DNA of 64,000 nucleotides from Kofleriaceae bacterium (GTDB lineage Bacteria; Myxococcota_A; Polyangia; Haliangiales; Haliangiaceae): NCBI GenBank assembly GCA_020633495.1, contig JACKDR010000001.1, positions 502,105 to 566,104 of the forward strand, read 5' to 3'. Shown piece by piece: positions 9,849 to 21,941 of this stretch (position 1 is its first letter; each line of letters starts with the position of its first letter). The notes under the pieces were generated by a model. It saw only the letters and a program-made list of their open reading frames with translations, ran no database searches and was not told where the DNA came from. The position numbers and the translations under genes were made by a program.

Positions 9849-12800
9849 CCGCCCACGTGCCCCGGCCCGCGATCCTCCCCGATCCGGCGCAGCGCCTGCT
9901 CGTGGTCCAGGCCTCGGCCGGCACCGGCAAGACGTTCTTCCTCGAGCACCGCGTCGTCGACCTGCTGCTGCGCACCGACGCCACGATCGACCGCCTGCTG
10001 GTGGTCACGTTCACCGAGAAGGCCACCGCCGAGCTGCGGGCCCGCATCCGCGACAAGCTCACCGCCCTGGCCCACGCCCCCGACGACGCCGGCCCGCCCG
10101 CCGACACCCCGTGCTGGACGATCGACGCCGCCGCGCGCCGCAAGCTGCGCGACGCCCTCGCCGGCTTCGACCGCGCGCCGATCCACACGATCCACGGCTT
10201 CTGCCAGCGGCTGCTGGTCGAGGACGCGTTCGCCGGCCGCCGCCTGTTCGACCAGCAGCAGGTCCCCGACGACGTCGCCTTCACCGAGGCCTACCACCAG
10301 GCGCTGCGCGAGGAGCTGGCCCGCCAGCCCGCCGAGCGCCGCCTGCTCGAGGCCTACCTCGACGCCGGCGGCGGCTCGATCGCGACCCTCGGCGACGTCC
10401 TGCTGGCGTGCGTGCGCCGCGGCGCGCCGGTGACGCCACGGCTCGAGGTCGACGACCTGCTGGCGCAGACCGCGCGGTTCGCCGCCGCGCTCCACGCGGT
10501 GGTCGCTCGCGGCACCGCCACCGCGATCGCCGGCGTCCTCGGCACCACCAACGGCAACACCAAGCGCGCGCTCACCGCCAAGCTGACCCGCCTCGGCACC
10601 GCCCTCGCCGAGGCGGTCGCCAGCGAGGCCGATCCGGAGCCGCGCGCGGTCGCGGTCCTGGCCGCGCTGGCCCGGCTGCGCGCCGACCACGCCGGCCTCG
10701 ACGAGGCGCCCGACAAGCTCAAGGACCCCACCCCGGCCGGCGTCGAGCTGATCGACGCCGCCGCCGCGCTGGTCCGCGGCTTCGTGCCGCTCGAGGCGGC
10801 GTGCGCGGCGCGCTTCCTCGATCCGGTGCTGCGCCGGGTCCGCGCCGGCAAGTCGCGCCGCGGCCAGTTCGACTTCCAGGACATGCTGCGGCTGGTCCGC
10901 GACACGCTGCTCGGCGAGCGCGGCGCCGAGCTCGCCGAGCGGCTGCGCCGCCGCCACCCGTGGGCGATGATCGACGAGTTCCAGGACACCGACGAGGTCC
11001 AGTGGGACATCTTCCGCCGGGTCTGGGCCGACGGCGACCGCACCAGCCTGACGATCGTCGGCGACCCCAAGCAGGCCATCTACGCGTTCCGCGGCGCCGA
11101 CGTCCAGACCTACCTGACCGCGCGCGCCGACCTCGAGGGCCGCGGCGCCGACACCGTGCCGCTGGTCGACAACTACCGGTCGTCGGGCGACGTCGTCGAG
11201 GCGGTCAACGCGCTCTTGCGCAGCCACGGCGAGTTCTTCACCGGCACGATCCAGTACGACCACCCGGTGCGCGCCGCCGGCGGCGTCACCGCGACCTGGC
11301 CCGACGGCACCGCGCCGTCGCCGGTGCACGTCTTCGAGATCGCGCCCGCGGTCGACGGCGAGAAGCTGGCCGCGCCCGACCTGCTCGAGACCCTGGCCGA
11401 GCGCGCCGCCGAGGAGATCCGCCGGCTGCTCGACGATCCGGCGTACCGGCTGCGGGTCACCGATCGCCACGGCCAGCAGCAGACGCTGGCGCCCCAGGAC
11501 ATCCACGTCCTGACCCGCACCGGCAAGGAGAGCGACCGGGTCGCGGTCGCGCTGCGCGCCCGCGGCGTGCCGTGCGCGCTGTACCAGCGCGAGCACCTGT
11601 TCGAGGCCCCCGAGGCCGCCGAGGTCGCCGACCTGCTCGACGCCGTCGCCGACCCGCGCGATCGCACGGCGCGCCTGCTGGCCTGGAACACCTCGTTCTT
11701 CGGCGTGCCGCTGGCCGACCTGCGCGACCTCGCCGAGGTCCCCGACGGCCACCCGCTGATCGCGCTGCTCCACGACTGGCGCGGCCTGGCCCTGCGCAAG
11801 GACTACGACCAGCTGTTCGCGCGCGTCCTCGACGACACCCGGTGGATCGAGCGCGCCGTGGTCGCCGGCGGCGGCGAGCGCGCGATCACCAACGTGCTGC
11901 ACCTGTTCGAGCTGCTGCACGACGACGTCGCCCGGGCGCCGTGCGAGATCCACGAGCTGGCGGCGCGCCTGCGCGGCTGGATCCGCACCGGCACCACGAC
12001 CCGGCCCGACGACATCGACCTGCAGCGGCTCGAGACCGACCGCCACGCGGTGCAGATCATGACGATCCACCGCGCCAAGGGCCTGGAGGCCGCGGTCGTG
12101 TTCGTGGTCGGCGGCTACGGCGGCACCTTCCCCGACAAGGTCCACCTCTACCACCAGCCCGACGGCCGCCGCTTCCTCCACGTCGGCCCCGCGGTCGGCG
12201 ACGTCGACGCGCTCATCGACGCCGACCTCCGCGAGGAGAACCAGCGCCTGATGTACGTCGCGCTGACCCGGGCCCGGGTCCGGCTGTACCTGGCGTCGGC
12301 GCCCGGCGACTACAAGCACAGCCCGATCCTGCCGCTGCACCGCTGCGTCGGCCTCGCCCTCGCCGCCCGCGCCACCGACGCCGACGCCCGCCGCCTGTTC
12401 ACCAGCGAGGTCGTGCGGGTCGGCAGCGTCCTGCCGCCGCCGCCGGTCGAGGTCGCCGACGACCTGCGCGGCTGGCGCCCGCCGGCGCCGCCGGCGCCGC
12501 CGCCCGAGCCCGACTGGGCGGCGCGACGCGACGCCCGCGGCGGCGTGCCGGTGACCTCGTACTCGCGGCTGCGCCCGGCCGGCGGCCGCGCCAGCGATCG
12601 CGACGACGTCCGCGCCGAGCAGCGCGACGCCAGCCGCGAGGTCGCGCCCGACGATCTGCCGCCCGGCGCCGCCACCGGCCTGTTCCTGCACGACGCCCTC
12701 GAGCACCTGCCGTTCGCGACCGCGCGCGAGCAGGCCGATCCCGGCGCGTGGGCCAACCGCGCCGACGTCGGGCCGGTGCTGGCCCGCGCGGCCCGCCGCC

Positions 12801-13285
12801 ACGGCGTCGACGAGCGCCACCTGCCGCGGGCGGCGACGGTCCTGCACGCCGCGCTGACCCGGACCCTGCGGCTGCCCGACGAGGTCCTGCCGGCGCTGGC
12901 CGACGCGACCCGGCTGGCCCGCGAGGTCGAGTTCGTCTACCCGCTGGGCGGCGGCTTCGCCCGCGGCTACATCGACGCGCTGGTGGCGTGGGACGACCGG
13001 CTGTGGGTCGTCGACTACAAGAGCGACATCCTCGGCGGCCTCGGCGCCGCCGACGCCGAGCGCCACGTCGCCGAGCACTACGCCGATCAGCAGCAGCTCT
13101 ACGGCCTGGCCGCGGCGCGCATGCTCGGCCTGCGCGACGCCGACGACGCCCGCCGCCGCCTCGGCGGCCTGCTGTACCTGTTCCTGCGCGGCGGCGAGGT
13201 CGTCCACCGCGCGGTGGCCTGGGACGAGCTGGCGGCGTGGACCGCGAGCCTGGGCGCGCGCGTCGACGCCGGAGGCTGGGCGTGA
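9845..13285 (+). CDS. recB: exodeoxyribonuclease V beta subunit (UvrD-like helicase plus nuclease domain)
   Basis: Start ATG 9845 overlaps the recC stop. Walker A motif AGTGKTFFL, followed by TFTEKATAELRARIR, IDEFQDTD, and a C-terminal RecB-family nuclease region. 1146 aa. Confidence 0.9.
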   Translation: MTAHVPRPAILPDPAQRLLVVQASAGTGKTFFLEHRVVDLLLRTDATIDRLLVVTFTEKATAELRARIRDKLTALAHAPDDAGPPADTPCWTIDAAARRKLRDALAGFDRAPIHTIHGFCQRLLVEDAFAGRRLFDQQQVPDDVAFTEAYHQALREELARQPAERRLLEAYLDAGGGSIATLGDVLLACVRRGAPVTPRLEVDDLLAQTARFAAALHAVVARGTATAIAGVLGTTNGNTKRALTAKLTRLGTALAEAVASEADPEPRAVAVLAALARLRADHAGLDEAPDKLKDPTPAGVELIDAAAALVRGFVPLEAACAARFLDPVLRRVRAGKSRRGQFDFQDMLRLVRDTLLGERGAELAERLRRRHPWAMIDEFQDTDEVQWDIFRRVWADGDRTSLTIVGDPKQAIYAFRGADVQTYLTARADLEGRGADTVPLVDNYRSSGDVVEAVNALLRSHGEFFTGTIQYDHPVRAAGGVTATWPDGTAPSPVHVFEIAPAVDGEKLAAPDLLETLAERAAEEIRRLLDDPAYRLRVTDRHGQQQTLAPQDIHVLTRTGKESDRVAVALRARGVPCALYQREHLFEAPEAAEVADLLDAVADPRDRTARLLAWNTSFFGVPLADLRDLAEVPDGHPLIALLHDWRGLALRKDYDQLFARVLDDTRWIERAVVAGGGERAITNVLHLFELLHDDVARAPCEIHELAARLRGWIRTGTTTRPDDIDLQRLETDRHAVQIMTIHRAKGLEAAVVFVVGGYGGTFPDKVHLYHQPDGRRFLHVGPAVGDVDALIDADLREENQRLMYVALTRARVRLYLASAPGDYKHSPILPLHRCVGLALAARATDADARRLFTSEVVRVGSVLPPPPVEVADDLRGWRPPAPPAPPPEPDWAARRDARGGVPVTSYSRLRPAGGRASDRDDVRAEQRDASREVAPDDLPPGAATGLFLHDALEHLPFATAREQADPGAWANRADVGPVLARAARRHGVDERHLPRAATVLHAALTRTLRLPDEVLPALADATRLAREVEFVYPLGGGFARGYIDALVAWDDRLWVVDYKSDILGGLGAADAERHVAEHYADQQQLYGLAAARMLGLRDADDARRRLGGLLYLFLRGGEVVHRAVAWDELAAWTASLGARVDAGGWA

Positions 13286-13364
13286 CCCCGCCGCGCCGGC
13301 CGCGCGCCGGCAAGCGACGCGCCGCGGTGGCGACGGCGCCGCGCGGGCTGTCGCCGCGCGGCGC

Positions 13365-15596
<2,232 letters not shown>

Positions 15597-15717
15597 TGAT
15601 AGCCCGCGGTTCAGCACGAGTGCGAGTCCTTGCTATCGACAACCGTATGGCCGCGTCGCCCAATTGACTAGCGCGGCGCGACCGGACAGCGCCGCCGCGG
15701 TCGCGCTATCGTGCGCC

Positions 15718-16746
<1,029 letters not shown>

Positions 16747-16779
16747 CCGGCCGCGATCGACGTCGCGCTTGACCGGCGC

Positions 16780-16813
16780 GTCGTCTCATACTACATACGT
16801 CGTATATTCAGTT
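16780..16813 (+). promoter_or_regulatory. AT-rich palindromic box ATACGTCGTAT-ATTCAGTT abutting the Rrf2 start codon (candidate operator)
   Basis: The only AT-rich island for kilobases. ATAC-N3-GTAT inverted repeat followed by TCAGTT. A second copy lies at ~17296. Coordinates are +/-2. Confidence 0.45.
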
Positions 16814-17251
16814 ATGAGCTACTCGCTCACCTACTCCCAGGCGGTGCTGGTCGTGGTCTACGTCGCCGACAAGATCCGCCAGGGCTTCTACGACTACGTG
16901 CCGACCCGCGCGATCGCCACGTCGCTCGGGATCCCGGCGCCGACCACCGCCAAGATCCTGCAGGCGCTCGGCCGCGCCGGCCTGATCGAGACCCGCGAGG
17001 GCGCCAAGGGCGGGGTCCGGCTCGCCGTCCCCGCCGCCGACGTGTCGCTGCGCGACATCCTCGACGCCCTCGAGCACAAGCGGCCGCTGTTCCAGACCCA
17101 CGCCCACGTCCGCGCCAAGGGCGAGCGCCCGACCCGCGCCCAGGCCGCGATCGGCCGCGCCCTCGACGGCGCCGAGCAGGCCATGCGCGCCGAGCTCGCG
17201 CGCACCAGCGTCGAGGACATCCTGGCCCACTTCCCGGCCCGGCCCCGCTGA
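16814..17251 (+). CDS. Rrf2 family transcriptional regulator
   Basis: 145 aa, MSYSLTYSQAVLVVVYVADK...ATSLGIPAPTTAKILQALGRAGLIETREGAKGG. The winged HTH is typical of Rrf2/IscR/BadM. Lacks the IscR three-Cys cluster. Confidence 0.85.
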   Translation: MSYSLTYSQAVLVVVYVADKIRQGFYDYVPTRAIATSLGIPAPTTAKILQALGRAGLIETREGAKGGVRLAVPAADVSLRDILDALEHKRPLFQTHAHVRAKGERPTRAQAAIGRALDGAEQAMRAELARTSVEDILAHFPARPR

Positions 17252-17285
17252 CCGGCGCCCCCGGCGCGGCCGGGTCGACGCGCGC

Positions 17286-17320
17286 CCATAACTAGATATA
17301 CAACGTATTCAGTTTAACTC
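17286..17320 (+). promoter_or_regulatory. second copy of the ATAC-N3-GTAT/TCAGTT box, upstream of the secreted-protein gene
   Basis: ATACAACGTATTCAGTTTAAC sits 20-40 nt upstream of GGGAGGA-N8-GTG (17339). Confidence 0.45.
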
Positions 17321-17338
17321 GAACAACGGGAGGATCCC

Positions 17339-17941
17339 GTGCCAACCCGCCCCGTCGTCACCCGCGCCGTCACCGCCCTGGCCCCGGCCCTGGCCGCCGC
17401 GCTCGCCGTCACCGCCGCGACCCGCCCCGCCGCCGCCGACCCCGCCGCGATGGTCGAGACCGACCCCGCGACCTTCGCGCTCGGCGGCTTCGCCGCCCAC
17501 CTCCGGGTCCGGCCCGGGCCGCGTCACCTCGTCGTCGGCGCCGGCGCCTACGCCCTCGACCTGCCGGCGCTGCTGGTCGACGCCCGCGCCGCCAACCGCG
17601 ACGCCGGCTGGCAGGTCCGCCTCACCGGCGCCGCCGGCTTCGTCGATCACTACCTCGCGGCCGCGCCCCGCGGCTGGTTCGTCGGCGTCGAGGTCGCGGT
17701 GCAGCGCTACCGCTACCGCAACGACGACGTCCCCGGCATGGAGGCCGCGACCGTCGACCTGCTGGTGATGCCGCGCGCCGGCTATCAGTGGCGGCCGTTC
17801 GCCGCCGGCTTCTACGTCCTGCCGTGGCTCGGGCTCGGCTACGCCGCCGAGGTCGCCGGCGACCGCCGGGTCGGCGACCGCGAGTACGCCGCGTCGCCGG
17901 TCGTGCCGTACGCGGCGGTCCACCTGGGCTGGGAGCTGTGA
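17339..17941 (+). CDS. hypothetical exported protein (possible small beta-barrel)
   Basis: Strong RBS GGGAGGA. Signal peptide (AVTALAPALAAALAVTAATRPAAA). 200 aa. Alternating aromatic/hydrophobic pattern. Ends HLGWEL. Confidence 0.6.
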   Translation: MPTRPVVTRAVTALAPALAAALAVTAATRPAAADPAAMVETDPATFALGGFAAHLRVRPGPRHLVVGAGAYALDLPALLVDARAANRDAGWQVRLTGAAGFVDHYLAAAPRGWFVGVEVAVQRYRYRNDDVPGMEAATVDLLVMPRAGYQWRPFAAGFYVLPWLGLGYAAEVAGDRRVGDREYAASPVVPYAAVHLGWEL

Positions 17942-18240
17942 GCGTCCCCGCCCCGCTGCTGTTCGCGTGGGTGCGGGGCGCCGACTTCGACCGCGCCGTC
18001 CACGCCGACGCGGTCGCGATCGTCCCCGCCGACGACGGGCGCACCTGGCTCGACGTCGGCTGCGGCCCCGGCCTGGTGTGCCGCCTCGCCGCGGCGCGCG
18101 GCTACCGGGTCACCGACGTCGACCGCGATCGCGCCGCGCTGGCCCCGGCGCCGGCCGCCCGGCACGTCCACCCGCTCGCTCGGCGGCAGGGTCGAGGCCC
18201 GGTGCTTCGCCCGGCCGAGGTCCGACGAGGCCAGGTGACC
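17938..18240 (+). pseudogene. truncated class I SAM-methyltransferase remnant
   Basis: GTGA-coupled to the previous gene. Contains methyltransferase motif I (WLDVGCGPG...YRVTDVDRD), then degenerates within 100 aa. Too short for a methyltransferase. A plausible continuation (VEARCFARP, compare ALRCRAEALP of the 21278 methyltransferase) lies in another frame. Confidence 0.3.
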
Positions 18241-18277
18241 CGGTGCGGTGGCGCCGTGCTACGATCGGCGCTCGTAC

Positions 18278-19732
18278 GTGACCCGTGTCCTGCTCGCCCT
18301 CGCGGACCTCGCCCTCGGCGTTCAGCTCCAGGAGACGCTCGAGGCGCACCGCGTGCAGGTGCGGTGGGATCCGACCGCCGCCGACGGACCGCCGCCGGGG
18401 CTCGCGGGCAGTGGCCAGGTCGAGGACGTCGTCGTGGTCGACGCCGACGGCCTGGGTTCGCGGCTCGGCGACGTCCTCGACGCCTGGCGCGGGCTCGATC
18501 CGGCGCCCGGGGTGATCGCGCTGGGCGGCACCCAGGCCGCCGCCGGCCACGCCGCGGACGCCCGGGTCACGCTGGTGTCGCCCACCGACGACGCCGCGAC
18601 GCTGCTCGAGGCGGCGCAGGAGGCGTTGCGGCTGCGCTTCGCCGGCAGCATGACGCGCGGCCTGGCGCGACGCGCGCTGCTGGTCGAGAAGGTCGCCGAT
18701 CCGATCGCGGACGCCGCCCAGATCGTCGGCGCCGCGCGCGCGATCGACGTCGAGATCCCGCGCGAGGCGCTGCGCTGGCACGCCCGCAGCTACGTGTGCG
18801 GCGACCCGGCCACGATCGCGGCGCTGCGCGAGGTCCGCGCCCTGACCATCCCCGAGGTCGAGTTCAGCCACCACCTCGACGGCACGTTCACGGTCCAGAC
18901 CCTGGTCAAGCGAGGCCCGATCGACGCCTGGCACGCGGCACGGTTCATCTGGGCGCTGACCTCGGTGGGCGCCGCGAAGATCACCCGCGAGCCGCTCGAT
19001 CTCGCGACCCCGCGCCGGCGCGCCCTGGCGCTGATCCGCCAGCACCTGCGCGGGCGCCAGGCCCGGCTCGAGAAGAGCACGTTCTACGACATCCTCGAGA
19101 TCACGCCGGCCGCCGAGACCGAGGACATCGAGGCCGCGTACGAGCTGGTCGGGCGGCGCTACGCGCCGCAGGTCCTGGGGGCGTTCGATCTCGGCGAGCT
19201 CGGCACGATCGTCGAGCCGATGTGGGCGCAGGTCGAGAAGGCCCGCTCGGTCATGCACGACATCTCGGCGCGTGGTCGCTACAACGACTGGCTGCGCGGC
19301 CGGTGGAACGAGATCCGGACCCGCTGGGCGATCGAGACGAGCGCGGCCCAGACCGCGGTCGAGTCGTACGCGCGCGGCCAGCGCGCGCTCGGCGACGGCG
19401 ACGTCCACCGCGCGGTCGGCGACCTGGCCGCGGCGGCGCGCAACCACACCGGGCACCCCGAGTACGAGGCCGGCCTGGCGTGGGCGCGCTACCGGGTCGA
19501 GGCCGGCCGCGACGGCGCCGACCGCGCCGCGATCGCGCGCCGCGAGCGCGCCAGCGCCGAGGCCGCGATGTGGGGCACCCGGCCGTGGCCGCGCGCCAAC
19601 CTGGCGCTGGCGCTGCTGTGCGCCGCCGATGGCGATCCCGACAGCGCGCGCTGGCACCTGCAGGAGGCGCTGGCGATCGATCCCAACCTGCCCGCGGCCC
19701 AGCAGCTGCTCGCCCGCCTCAACCGCCGCTGA
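18278..19732 (+). CDS. receiver-like / J-domain / TPR multidomain protein
   Basis: N-terminal CheY-like block (VLLALADLALGVQL...VVVVDADG), J-domain-like segment (KSTFYDILEITPAAETEDIEAAYELVGRRYAPQ), and a C-terminal TPR-like region. Alternative start is GTG 18248. Confidence 0.7.
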   Translation: MTRVLLALADLALGVQLQETLEAHRVQVRWDPTAADGPPPGLAGSGQVEDVVVVDADGLGSRLGDVLDAWRGLDPAPGVIALGGTQAAAGHAADARVTLVSPTDDAATLLEAAQEALRLRFAGSMTRGLARRALLVEKVADPIADAAQIVGAARAIDVEIPREALRWHARSYVCGDPATIAALREVRALTIPEVEFSHHLDGTFTVQTLVKRGPIDAWHAARFIWALTSVGAAKITREPLDLATPRRRALALIRQHLRGRQARLEKSTFYDILEITPAAETEDIEAAYELVGRRYAPQVLGAFDLGELGTIVEPMWAQVEKARSVMHDISARGRYNDWLRGRWNEIRTRWAIETSAAQTAVESYARGQRALGDGDVHRAVGDLAAAARNHTGHPEYEAGLAWARYRVEAGRDGADRAAIARRERASAEAAMWGTRPWPRANLALALLCAADGDPDSARWHLQEALAIDPNLPAAQQLLARLNRR

Positions 19733-19805
19733 CGCGACGCGCTCGCCGCGCTCGTCCGCGCGGCGTCGATCAGGCCGTGGCGCGGTGCACGCACCTGCGC
19801 CCGCG

Positions 19806-20440
19806 ACGACATCTCCGCCACGACCCACACCCTCCCCGCTCACCCCGAACCGCGCAGCACGCACGCCCTCCCCGCTCACCCCGAGCGCAGCCCGAGCGGC
19901 GCAGCACACGCGCCCTCCCCGCTCACCCCGAGCGGACGACCGACGGCCGTCGGAGATTTGCCGCAAGACGAACCGGGTCAGGTCGCCTGGTCGACATGGT
20001 TCGCTCACCTCGAGCGGAGCCCGAGCGGCGCAGCCGCGAGGGCGAAGTCGAGGCGTGGATCGGTGCGGTCTCGGCGGCGCACCGGTGCCCGCCCCCTCGA
20101 CTCCGGGGTCGGTGCTGCGCACCTCCCCCTCCGCTCGGGGTGAGTGCTGTCAGGCCCAAACCCGCGGTCAACCGATCGCTGCGCCACGCAAGATCAGCGG
20201 CTTGGCCCAGCTGTTCGTTAGGAGCGCAGCCCGAGCGGCGCAGCACGCACGCCCTCCCCGCTCACCCCGAGCGCGGCCCGAGCGGCGCAGCACGCACGCC
20301 CTCCCCGCTCACCCCGAGCGCAGCCCGAGCGGCGCAGCACGCACGCCCTCCCCGCTCACCCCGAGCGCAGCCCGAGCGGCGCAGCCGCGAGGGCGAAGTC
20401 GAGGGGGCGGGCGCCACGACGCACGCCACCCTGCGAGGGA
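19806..20440. repeat. non-coding block of 47-bp direct tandem repeats (two arrays) flanking a long imperfect palindrome
   Basis: Unit GAGCGCAGCCCGAGCGGCGCAGCACGCACGCCCTCCCCGCTCACCCC occurs about 2.3 times at 19830-19935 and about 3.7 times at 20222-20395, with an exact 47-bp period. A variant ending GCAGCCGCGAGGGCGAAGTCGAGG occurs at 20027-20052 and 20381-20403. An inverted partner spans 20097-20146. All frames across the region are junk. Confidence 0.8.
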
Positions 20441-20446
20441 CCGCCG

Positions 20447-21220
<774 letters not shown>

Positions 21221-21277
21221 GTCACGATCGTACCAGATGCGCGGCCGGCGCGGCGCCGGCGTCGACCGCGCGGTAAG

Positions 21278-21941
21278 GTGGCCGAGTTGCGCGCCCTGGC
21301 CTCCTGGCTCGACCCCTGGCTGTACCGCCACCCGTTCGACGGCGCCGGCGCGCGACGCTACGCGCGCGCCGAGCGCCCGGCGTTCGGCGCCCTCGACGCG
21401 CGCCTGCTCGACGGCCTCGACGCCGACCTCGGCGCGGCGCGCCGCCTGCTCGACGTCGGCGCCGGGCCGGGCACGTTCGCCGCCGCGGCGCGGCGCCGGT
21501 TCCCGCACCTCGAGGTGATCGCGGCCGAGCCCGGCCACGACTTCGCCGCCGCGCTGCCGGCGCGCGGCGCGGTCGCGCTGCGCTGCCGCGCCGAGGCGCT
21601 GCCGCTGGCCGCGGGGGGGGTCGATCGACGTCGCGATCATGCTCAGCGCGATCCGCCACGTCCGCGATCGCGGCGCCGCGTTCGCCGAGCTGCGCCGCGT
21701 CGTCCGCCCTGGCGGCGTCGCGGTCGTCGTCGAGCTCGATCCCGACGCCGATCGCCGCCGCGCCCACACCCACGCGCGCGCGCTCGCGACCCCGGCGCTG
21801 CGCGTCGCGTTCGCGCCGCTGGTCCTGCGGACCGCGCCGACCGCCGCGACCATCGCCGCGGGCGCCCGCACCGCCGGCTGGACGACCGTGCGCCGCGACG
21901 ACGATCCGGTGCAGCCGGTCTACCTGCTGAGGCTGTCGTGA
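21278..21941 (+). pseudogene. class I SAM-dependent methyltransferase interrupted at a G8 homopolymer
   Basis: AAGG-GTG start. Motif I LLDVGAGPGTF. After the G8 run at 21613-21620 the methyltransferase reading (SIDVAIMLSAIRHV...LRRVVRPGGVAVVVELD...VYLLRLS) continues in the +1 frame and ends at 21941. Seven Gs would give a single 220-aa ORF. Confidence 0.6.

Noticed and set aside
19806-20440. Possible CRISPR array suggested by the regularly spaced 47-bp repeats
   Set aside because: The units are directly abutting and nearly identical throughout, so there are no unique spacers. The period equals the unit length. No cas genes lie in the window. It is a tandem repeat or palindromic element block, not CRISPR.
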